DNA of 64,000 nucleotides from Eledone cirrhosa (taxonomy: Eukaryota). Position 1 is the stretch's first letter, and each line of letters starts with the position of its first letter. Positions 38,683-49,210 of the stretch are shown piece after piece. The notes below the pieces were generated by a model. That model saw only the letters and a list, made by a program, of their open reading frames with translations. It was not told the DNA's origin and did not search any database. The stretch is taken from assembly GCA_964016885.1 (NCBI GenBank), contig OZ024743.1, positions 150,846,001 through 150,910,000 of the forward strand, written 5' to 3'. The translations under genes were made by a program, and so were the position numbers.

Positions 38683-38882
38683 TGTAGTGGTGTTTGTATG
38701 TATATACGCATATATGGATGTGTATGTATTTGTATATATGCGTATATGTAAGTGTGTATGTGTGTGTGAGTATATATCTATGTCTATGTATGAGTATGTA
38801 TGTGTGTGTATGTATGTGTGTGTGTATGTATGCGTGTATATATGTATGTGTATGTATATGTATGTATGTATATATATGTATA

Positions 38883-38921
<39 letters not shown>

Positions 38922-39035
38922 GTATATATATATATATTTATTATATGTGTGTGTGTGTGTATATATATCTTTATATATGTGTATGTGTATGTGTGTGTAT
39001 GTGTGTGTGTGTATATGTGTATGTGTGTGTATATG

Positions 39036-39115
<80 letters not shown>

Positions 39116-39116
39116 C

Positions 39117-39180
<64 letters not shown>

Positions 39181-39190
39181 ATGTATATGC

Positions 39191-39236
<46 letters not shown>

Positions 39237-39345
39237 GTGGGTATGTATGTGTTTGTGTGTATATATATGAGTGTGTTTTTATATATATATATGTGTGTAG
39301 ATGTGTCTGTGTATATACATATATATATATATATGTATATATGTG

Positions 39346-39392
<47 letters not shown>

Positions 39393-39473
39393 ATATATAT
39401 ATGTATATATGTGTGTATATGCGTGTATATATATATATATATATGTATATGTATATGTGTGTGTGTGTGTGTG

Positions 39474-39518
<45 letters not shown>
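38622..39518. repeat. ~0.9-kb compound (TA)n/(TG)n microsatellite
   Basis: Seen directly. Confidence 0.95.
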
Positions 39519-39521
<3 letters not shown>

Positions 39522-40115
39522 CTTGATATATTTCTTTTTTCTTTTTCTTTTCTTTTTATTTCTAAGTTTATAGATACATTTATAAATAGGTAGTCTGCTG
39601 ACACCGTTGAATACTGACCTCTCCCCCCCCCCACCTAATTTTTGTATCTGGATCTAGATGTGTGTGGCAGTGTTTATGTGCGTGCATTAATGTCCATATG
39701 CTTATGATAATAGTATATACACATATATATGTGTGTGGGGGTGTGTGTGTGTATGTATGTTCGTAGTTATGTGTATGTTTATGCGTATACGCGCGTGTGT
39801 GTGTGAGTGTACGAATATGTGTGAGTATATGAATGTGTGTATATATTTATTTTATAATTATGTATCTATACGCATTTTATCTGTAGATTAAAAACTTACA
39901 GAGACATTAGCCTTGAATTTTTGTATTTACATACATCTTTTTGTCATGCGTATGCATGTGAACACATATCTTTATGCATATCTGTGAACGAAATTAATTA
40001 CATGTATATACACACACCTAACTGCATAAACTTTTTGTATTTTCATTGGTCAATTTGAATTCTGTTCCCAAACAGACCTGAAATTTTGAATTGTTGTTAT
40101 TATCAATAAATATAT

Positions 40116-40270
40116 TTCATTATTTCTGAAGACGGCATATATATATGTTTGGTATGTATATTTAATTTTGATAGTTTGTATAATTTTGTATAATTTTGTA
40201 CATAGATCTGTTGAATATGCATGCCAATTCTAACACATATATATCCTAGAAACGATCGTTAAATAATGAA
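40116..40270 (+). ncRNA. Type-I hammerhead with a very long domain II (orphan pLTR, ~39540-40330)
   Basis: ttcattattt CTGAAGA [~116 nt] GAAA cgatcg TT aaataatgaa: perfect 10-bp stem I and palindromic stem III. Confidence 0.8.
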
Positions 40271-40324
40271 CTTTTTTTGTTTAATATAAGGAACTGTTTC
40301 ATTGTTTTATTCATTATTTTTTTA

Positions 40325-40410
<86 letters not shown>

Positions 40411-40423
40411 GTTGGTGTTATTA

Positions 40424-40542
40424 TCCAGCCGTAGAAAACCCGCCAGACAGTCCTATACGATCAAGACAACCAATCTTGCCTCAAGTGGGAAAATTCCCGT
40501 CCAAACCCATGCAAGCGTGGAAGATGGACGTTAAACGATGAT

Positions 40543-40545
<3 letters not shown>
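40424..40545 (+). mobile_element. Isolated RTE 3' tail
   Basis: Near-identical to 30023-30145 (ccagccgtagaaaacccgccagacag...ggacgttaaacgatgatg). Confidence 0.8.
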
Positions 40546-40574
<29 letters not shown>

Positions 40575-40615
40575 AAATAAGAGAGACGGTTTTATTCATA
40601 CATCCATATTTTATT

Positions 40616-40689
40616 TATTCGTTATACATATTTCAAAGATGTAAGGTAGTTATATAATAACTGCCTTACGCACTCTCTTCAGACAGACA
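40616..40689 (-). ncRNA. Type-I hammerhead in an orphan pLTR fragment (~40571-40845)
   Basis: Minus strand: tgtctgt CTGAAGA gagtgc gtaaggcagtta-ttata-taactaccttac atcttt GAAA tatgta TA acgaata. Confidence 0.7.
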
Positions 40690-40958
40690 TAGAAACGAGA
40701 TGTAAAATTCCATTGATATGTTACCAGTCGGACGTGTTATTCACCTCGCCAATCAATACACATGTGTGGCATGACTTGTCCCATAATGTGACAACCTATC
40801 TAACCTATGCTATTGTGGAAAACGGGCATTAAACTATGATGTTGCTCTCTCTATATATATATACATATATATATATATAGGTATAGATTTATTACGGTTC
40901 TTATATATTTATCCTTATCGAGCCCTCTTTGGATTTTAGTCTTCAAATTTATTATTAT

Positions 40959-41014
<56 letters not shown>

Positions 41015-41063
41015 TATTCAAAATATTAACAAATGAAGATATTCACATAATCAAAATATATGC

Positions 41064-41126
41064 TTTATTATATATATTTCGAAGGTACTGTGTTGTTTTT
41101 TTTTCAGTACGTCCTCGTCAGATAAA
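41064..41126 (-). ncRNA. Type-I hammerhead (left inverted pLTR)
   Basis: Reverse complement of 42911-42970 with a longer A-run in loop II. Confidence 0.8.
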
Positions 41127-41230
41127 ACATGATTTGATATATGACATACCTCTACGGCCTTGATATTTCAATTTCTGTATTGGCGGTGATTTATTTCATC
41201 AAATCTCAACATTTATATACCACAAATAAT

Positions 41231-41432
41231 TGTTTCTACTTTAGGCACAAAGCCAGCAATTATCCAGTGCATTACTGGTACTTTATTTTATCGACCTCGT
41301 AAGGATGAAAGGCAAAGTCAACCTCGGCGGGATTTGAACTCAGATTGTAAAGGGACGTAACTATGTTCGAAAGCATGGCGTCCGACCCTCTACCGATACT
41401 GCCAATCCACCGCCTTATACCAATCCACCGCC
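41231..41432 (-). mobile_element. tRNA-derived SINE nested in the pLTR, 17-bp TSD
   Basis: TSD tatataccacaaataat at 41214-41230 and 41435-41451; absent from the right arm. Confidence 0.88.
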
Positions 41433-42910
41433 TATATATACCACAAATAATAATATGATAAACTTAAAGAAGAAAAGGACGTGGAGCGCATTAGAGATAT
41501 AAGAAGGCAAGAAAAAAAGAAGAAAAAATAAATAAATACATACATAAATATTTAAATGAATAAAAATAAATAAAAGGATGGATGAATATAGGAAGAAGAA
41601 AGGAGAAATAACGACAAAAGAGAGGGAACATAAAATATATGTTTGGATAGATAGAAAAAAACGTTGTTTTCAAATATTAGGTCAATTGAGGCAACCAATC
41701 AATTACCATAAACCATTGAATATCTCTTGTATTTGATTATGGTTAAGCTAATTATGCTTATATATTATATCAAAATTAATCAATATACATTACTTTTTAT
41801 AGCCATCACGTAATTAGTTTAATTAGAAATTTATATAATTTAATTTAACTCATTATAGATTATAATTTTTGGTTTAGGTAATATATTCCTTAAGTATTTT
41901 GTTACAACTTTTTAAAAAATGTTATCCTTAAAGCAAATTTAAATAATTATTAAACATGCATTTAAAATATATATTAAAATACATCCATATATCACCATCA
42001 GTATATATAATATATTAAGATCATTTTTTTATCCGAATTATTTTATTTAAATAGGATATTCTCTTTATAAAATCATTTCTATTCTTAATTATCATATAAT
42101 TACAGGATTAAATTGCAGTTATATTTACTCTCAAAAGTTTTATATTTACTTCTGTAATTACATATTATTATAGTTTCCTTTTAAAGATACTCTTATATTA
42201 TTAAACTACATAATTCATGTCAAATATAATTTAGTAAGCTATTCAAATAGAATAAAAATATTTACGAAGAATGTAAACAAAAGGAAGATAACTCATTCAC
42301 CATATGTGAACATTTAAACCATGTATCTACTCTGAAATCTAGTGATATTTCTAAACCATAAATCAACAATTGTCTAGTTAAATATTGAACTGTCCTAATC
42401 AAAACATAGGATACAGAGACTCTTAATGAAATTATTCTAATAGATAAAACATCAATAAATTATTACCACAGTAAGGCAAAAATTATATATATATTTTTTT
42501 TAATTATTAATTGTCAATATTTAATCGAAACTTGTACAATGCCTAGAATGTTTTACGGAATTTATGTTGACAGCTGCTGAATAATTCATTTTTCTTGTTA
42601 ATTAAATTGTCATAATTTGTAATTATCAATAGAGTCTCAAGATTGCAAAGATTGCAATTTAGCGAAATGGATGCATTCCGATAGTAATTGGCATTCTTTA
42701 ACCGAGTCCAAGAAATGGAGTATTTAATATTCTTGTCCTTCAAAGACCATATTAATTATCTCTAATACGCTCCACGTCGTTTTCTTCTTTAAGTTTATCA
42801 TATTATTATTTGTGGTATATAAATGTTGAGATTTGATGAAATAAATAACAGCCAATACAGGAATTGAAATATCATGACCGTAGAGGTATGTCATATATCA
42901 AATCCTATAT

Positions 42911-42970
42911 TTTATCTGACGAGGACGTACTGAAAAAACAACACAGTACCTTCGAAATATATATAATAAA
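42911..42970 (+). ncRNA. Type-I hammerhead (right inverted pLTR)
   Basis: tttat CTGACGA ggac gtactg-aaaaaacaaca-cagtac cttc GAAA tatata TA ataaa; predicted cleavage after 42965. Confidence 0.82.
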
Positions 42971-43176
42971 GCATATATTTTGATTATGTGAACATCTTCA
43001 TTAGTTAATATTTTGAAAAATATTAAAAACTCCAGGAAAATTTCTGTTGAGTGCTTTTAATCTATTGTAAAACTGTATTAATTGAGTAATCAATGAACCA
43101 TATTAATCTTTGGTTATATATATGTATATATATCAAAATGAAAATCCGAAGGCAAGGTAAAATTCCGATCATTTAA

Positions 43177-43250
43177 TCACGACACATGTTTCAATAAGAG
43201 ATAGATCGATTGTGAAGCCATGATCGATTATCACTGATCTCATCAAGTGA
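43177..43250 (-). ncRNA. Hammerhead-like motif with UUGAUGA core (left arm)
   Basis: Minus strand: tcac TTGATGA gatcagtgata atcgat...atcgat c tatctcttatt GAAA catgtg TC gtga. Confidence 0.6.
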
Positions 43251-46200
43251 AATTGAATTGTCTTCAAATTCTTGATATGAGGGAGAAAAATAACGATGTT
43301 CTCTCACAGAATTCATTCCCTCATATGAAGACACACCAGTCATATACACGGCGACTGCTATTAACTTCAGTTGGGTCATAAAAGTTTTCAGATTTCTATC
43401 GCTACAAAAGACGCTGGACATCAATCAAATCTGTAGGGATACAGTCAGTCACAGTTATTGTGAGTGGGTACACACACATTCCACACCCACATACACCGGC
43501 TCGAGGTCAAAGAAAAATATATACATATATATACACAGGTCAACACAGTGTTAAACCTGTAGAGTTAGTGTGGGTGGGTACACACCCACTCTCACACACA
43601 CCGAAGCGATGTCCGAGAAAAAACAAATATAAGAAACGAAATAAATAAATATAAAAATGTACCAACACAGCACTCACCGAAAGTTAGTTCACGAAACAAC
43701 AGAAGCTATATTGGTCAAATCTCAATTTGACGATGTAAATTGGAAATATTGGGTTAACCAACGCCCTATACACACACACACACACAAGCAAGTAAGTTCA
43801 GTTCAGTGTTCTGCTATACGTGTATAGATTGAATTGTAACATCCATATCTTCAAGTGTATGTTATGGTATATACACATCCGAATCGTCCAAAAATGGGTA
43901 TGTCCGGGTATATACACATCCATGTGAAGAGCAAGCAATCAGCTCATATCGAACTCAGTATGTACCGCTGTCTCATTGAGAATCCGAGTCACCAAATCCG
44001 TACGTGCAAGCAACCGCAATGTAGGCCAGCAAAGGGCTCCGTGTAGGGTTGGGTATTGGGTAAATGCGTCCGTAAGTGCGATTTCCCGTCATATGGGCCG
44101 ATGAGCTTTTAAGATAGTTGTTTAAGTGGTGGAGGTGTGTTATCCAACACAGAAGGTGAAGTAAAAAAAAAAGCACAGGATAGTAAAATCCAAAGGATGG
44201 GTGTAGGCCCATTAATGGTGTGTCAGTATTATTGTTCAATCCGTAACAGTGAGTCCTCCGTGGTTAGATGATCACGGATCAAAACCTAGTGTAGTGTTCA
44301 GTCGGTAGGAACGTGACATTCGTAATTGTGGGAACTCAATGTCTAAAGGAAACGGGTACTGTGTGTATAGTTATGTATAGAGAGCGTAATCGGTCCTAAT
44401 TAAATGTGTAATACGACTAGCTATATCCCAACTGAGAGAACTCAATGGTTAGGGTATCTTAAAGTAAAGGTAGGTTCGCGTAATTGGTCATGTCCATTGT
44501 GTGCAATCAATTACTAACTAGGTATACTAAGTGTGTAATCAATCTAATTATTTACTAGCTAGGTATTCTAAAAAAGTGCACTCAGCTGTGAGAACCCCGT
44601 GGAAACAGGCCGAGTATCGTTTGTAAGTGCGCAAACAATCTTAGCCGTCTAATTACCTGAGTGTGTGACTGTCTGTTTATTGAGAGAACTCTATGGCTAA
44701 AGTAGAGAGGGGGGAGTTAGTAGTAGGTTACCTTCCAAAAATCCTGCGGAAGGTTTTCGAGGATCTATGTTGGCAGTTGCTGAAAAAATCTGCTCTCCTA
44801 TTAATTAATAGGGGGCTGCCTCTAATAATATTAAAAGTTTCAGCTATACATAAATTGCAAACGCCAGTGCTGCCGTTATAAGGTTGGTCTGAGCAAACTA
44901 TGGACCAGGATAAGGAGTACTCTATATTCTGGTGTCTAAGCTTCCAGACAAATTCAGAAAGTGCCGTGCTATTTTTTAATCTAATCTATTAAAGGTATGG
45001 CGGTGATTATACCATCTATCCTTAAATTCCGTGGCAGTTGCCCCAACATACCTAAAGGTTCTATGAGGAGTGGAGACCTTACAGTCGTAGACTATGTTTT
45101 TGGTAAGGCATTTCCCAACCATGGGGCCGGCGGCGGTGCTTCTGCATTTACATTTTTTGCTATCTACCTGGGTAGTTCCAGATGGACCACGGTACCTTTG
45201 GGGTCGGGTCTCAGTTCCCGTCTGCTCTATAGGTAAATTCCCTGGAGTTGGGGAGACTCGACTCGCCTCACGTATATGAGTCAGTTCCTCAATAGAGCTG
45301 CCATTGTTCCTGCCATGCCTAATTCCCTCATTGGCTGTCCTAAGTCTACTATAATTCATCTTAGCTATATTCTGAGCTATGTTACTAGTTGTGGAGTAGG
45401 ACAGCTTGATGGTATTTTTATTGAATATTTTATAATATCTGTGCGATCTAGGGAAGCATTTGTCTAAGGCCCTAAAGAAAAGCTTAGCTATACTAGTGGT
45501 CAGGCCAGTGGAGTAAGGGGGATTATACCACAGGTCTTTTCTGATGCCTTTTATTCTTACTAGAATTACCTGTCTCCCTAGTAGTTATTGGTCTATTGTA
45601 ACTGGAAATTGCCTGTGGGCCGATGGTGTCCTGGGGTGTCACGATTGTGTTCTGAATCGTCCCATGTCTCCAGGGCAGTGTATCCCCCGTGCGGCCATTG
45701 GGATTACCCTCGATAGCCGGGGTTGTATCCACTATGCGTCTGCTACGCTTGTCCCCATTCCCCTTACTCGACCCTCGTTCCATACTGCATTCAACGGTAG
45801 TTTTAACGGTTCCACAATTAAGGTTACCATTAGAGTTTCCGCTGGCGTTACGTTGCTCAGACCCCGTGTTAGTACCTGGGTGGTTGTTTCTATTGGTACC
45901 AACAGCATTGGGACTAGGCGGCAATACAACATGAAGACTATATGAATCCTCCCTTGTATCCCGCCTGCTGTTAACTAGAGTGTCACTATTTAGGCCTAAG
46001 CTATTGCAGGCAATGTTGCTTCTACTATTTAATGGACGTTTGAATGAGATTCCCTCGCTATGCCCCACGCGTTCCAGGGAGCTATTATAGTAATTCGCGA
46101 TATTATTAAAGGTATCTTCATTGGAAGATAGTCCTGAAATTCATAATAAAAAAATGTAACTCCAGAAGCACCGCCACCTGCCACATGGCTGGGAAATGCC

Positions 46201-48053
46201 TTACCAAAAACATAGTCTACGACTGTAAGGTCTCCACTCCTCATAGAACCTTTAGGTATGTTGGGGCAACTGCCACAGAATTTAAGGATAGATGGTATAA
46301 TCACCGCCATACCTTTAATAGATTAGATTAAAAAATAGCACGGCACTTTCTGAATTTGTCTGGAAGCTTAAACACCAGAATATAGAGCACTCCTTATCCT
46401 GGTCCATAGTTTGCTCAGACCAACCTTATAACGGCAGCACTGGCGTTTGCAATTTATGTATAGCTGAAACTTTTAATATTATTAGAGGCGGCCCCCTATT
46501 AATTAATAGGAGAGCATATTTTTTCAGCAACTGCCAACATAGATCCTCGAAAACCTTCCGCAGGATTTTTGGAAGGTAACCTACTACTAACTCCTCCCTC
46601 TCTACTTTAGCCATAGAGTTCTCTCAATAAACAGACATTCACACACTCAGGTAGTTAGACGGCTAAGATTGTTTGCGCACTTACAAACGATACTCAGCCT
46701 GTTTCCACGGGGTTCTCACAGCTGAATGCACTTTTTTAGAATACCTAGCTAGTAAATAATTAGATTGATTACACATTTAGTATACCTAGTTAGTAATTGA
46801 TTGCACACTCGGACATGACCAATCACGCGAACCTACCTTTACTTTAAGATACCCTAACCATTGAGTTCTCTCAGTTGGGATATAGCTAGTCGTATTACAC
46901 ATTTTGTTAGGACCGATTACGCTCTCTATACATAACTATACACACAGTACCCGTTTCCTTTAGACATTGAGTTCCCACAATTATGACTGTCACGTTCCTA
47001 CCGACTGAACACTACACTAGGTTTTGATCCGTGATCATCTAACCATGGAGGACTCACTGTTACGGATTGAACAATAATACTGTCACACCATTAATGGGCC
47101 TACACACATCCTTTGGATTTTACTATCCTGTGCTTTTTTTTACTTCACGTTCTGTGTTGGATAACACCCCCCACCACTTAAACAACTATCTTAAAAGCTC
47201 ATCGGCCCATATGACGGGAAATCGCACTTACGGACGCATTTACCCAATACCCAACCCTACACGGAACCCTTTGCTGCCCTACATTGCGGTTGCTTGCACG
47301 CATGGATTTGGTGACTCGGATTCTCAATGGGACAGCGATACATACTGAGTTCGATATGAGCTGAATTGCTTGCTCTTCACATGGATGTGTATATACCAGG
47401 ACATACCCATTTTGGGACGATTCGGATGTGTATATACCATAACATACACTTGAAGATATGGATGTTACAATTCAATCTATACACGTATAGTAGAACACTG
47501 AACTGAACTTACTTGCTTGTGTGTGTGTGTGTATAGGGCGTTGGTTAACCCAATATTTCCAATTTACATCGTCAAATTGAGATTTGACCAATATAGCTTC
47601 TGTTGTTTTGTGAACTAACTTTCGGTGAGTGCTGTGTTGGTACATTTTTATATTTATTTATTTGTTTTCTTATATTTGTTTTTTCTCGGACATCGCTTCG
47701 GTGTGTGTGAGAGTGGGTGCGTACCCACCCACACTAACTCTACAGGTTTAACACTGTGTTGACCTGTGTATATATCGGTATATATTTTTTCTTTGACCTC
47801 GAGCCGGTGTATGTGGGTGTGGAATGTGTGTGTACCCACTCACATTAACTGTGACTGACTGTATCCCTACAGATTTGATTGATGTCCAGCGTCTTTTGTA
47901 GCGATAGAAATCTGAAAACTTTTATGACCTCAACTGAAGTTAATAGCAGTCGCCGTGTATATGACTGGTGTGTCTTCATATGAGGGAATGAATTATGTGA
48001 GAGAACATCGTTATTTTTCTCCCTTATATCAAGAATTTGAAGACAATTCATTT

Positions 48054-48127
48054 TCACTTGATGAGATCAGTGATAATCGATCATGGCTTCACAATCGATC
48101 TATGTCTTATTGAAACATGTGTCGTGA
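48054..48127 (+). ncRNA. Hammerhead-like motif with UUGAUGA core (right arm)
   Basis: tcac TTGATGA ... GAAA catgtg TC gtga; predicted cleavage after GUC 48123. Confidence 0.6.
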
Positions 48128-48299
48128 TTAAATGATTGGAATTTTACCTTGCCTTCGGATTTTCATTTTGATAATTATACTCCGTTTTACCTCATCTAGC
48201 TATTCCCTTGAATGGAATTACAGATATACAAAAGCGTGGAGAACTTAATATTTCTAACATAAAGTTATTGGACCATTTTACACAACCAATAATGCACCC

Positions 48300-48361
<62 letters not shown>

Positions 48362-48396
48362 AAATATGTGAGATACTTGGTACAGTTTGGTATATT

Positions 48397-48790
48397 TGAA
48401 AAAAAAGGAAAAGAATGACTTCACTTGTAGTTCTAAACAATTTGATTTAATTTTATAATATTATAATATTATGAGTTGGTAGATCTATTAAGTTCTTTGT
48501 TAACTTCGGTGGGAAGATTTTTAAAGATTCCTGGTTAACTTTCCTGGAGAACTTTCTCGCATTCATCGGTGGCGATTGTCAAACTGAGATCAGGTTGTGT
48601 TGAAATGTTTGACACAATGACGAATGCGAGAAAGTTCTCCTGGAAAGTTAACCAGGAATCTTTAAAAATCTTCCCACCTAAGTTAACAAAGAACTTACTA
48701 GATCTACCAACTCATAATATTATAATATTATAAAATTAAATCAAATTGTTTAGAACTACAAGTGAAGTCATTCTTTTCCTTTTTTTTTCA
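48397..48790. repeat. Near-perfect foldback, ~171-bp arms (48397-48567 / 48619-48790), 51-nt structured loop
   Basis: tgaaaaaaaaggaaaagaatgacttcac...ctcgcattcatc / gacgaatgcgag...gtgaagtcattcttttcctttttttttca. Confidence 0.92.
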
Positions 48791-49089
48791 TATATATATA
48801 TATATATGTACGTATAGGTGCAGGTATGGCTGTGTGGTTAGGACTTTTTCTACTATATCTTCAGGCTAAACCATGCTATATGAGTGAAATTTGTAGGTGA
48901 AAACAGTATGGAAGTCTGTCATACATAGGTGTGAGTGTGTGTGGAGGGGGGGGAGGTAGCAGTCACTGTCAATATTGTATCAACTCCATTTATGATAAAC
49001 AGCTGTGATACTTTTTCAAGTCTCCCATAAACAATATATCTTGTAGTTTAGCAGTTTGATAAATGACAGTTGCATATACCATACAAATA

Positions 49090-49210
49090 ATTGTTTCTAC
49101 TTTTGGCACAAGGCCAACAATTATCCCAGTACATTACTGGTACTTTATTTTTTTCGACCCCCGTAAGGATGAAAGTCAAAGTTAACCTTATCGGGATTTG
49201 AACTCAGAAT
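49090..49210 (-). mobile_element. tRNA-derived SINE, 5'-truncated
   Basis: tgtttctacttttggcacaaggcc...gatttgaactcag, as in 41231. Confidence 0.75.

Larger units (their letters stand above)
41017..43017 (-). mobile_element. Naiad-type PLE, 5'-truncated, with inverted pLTRs (41017-41499 / 42757-43017)
   Basis: Minus ORF 42543-42750 WSLKDKNIKYSISW...CNLCNLE...LINKKNELFSSCQH (EN C-terminus); the arms are reverse complements apart from a SINE in the left arm. Confidence 0.88.
43131..48173 (-). mobile_element. Naiad-type PLE as a 5-kb foldback: ~2.03-kb inverted arms (43131-45158 / 46149-48173) around a ~1-kb spacer
   Basis: Minus strand from 46140: ISGLSSNEDTFNNIANYYNSSLERVGH..., YNPPYS..KIFNKNTIKLSYS, KCLTKNIVYDC..YVGAT..FKDRWYNH, CNLCIAE..NCQH; the right arm repeats EN + 3' region on plus. 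Confidence 0.92.

Noticed and set aside
38537-39634. Long ORFs (up to 365 aa) of YIYI/CVCV type, also at 27.4, 36.0 and 49.6 kb
   Set aside because: Translations of (TA)/(TG) microsatellites that lack stops by composition
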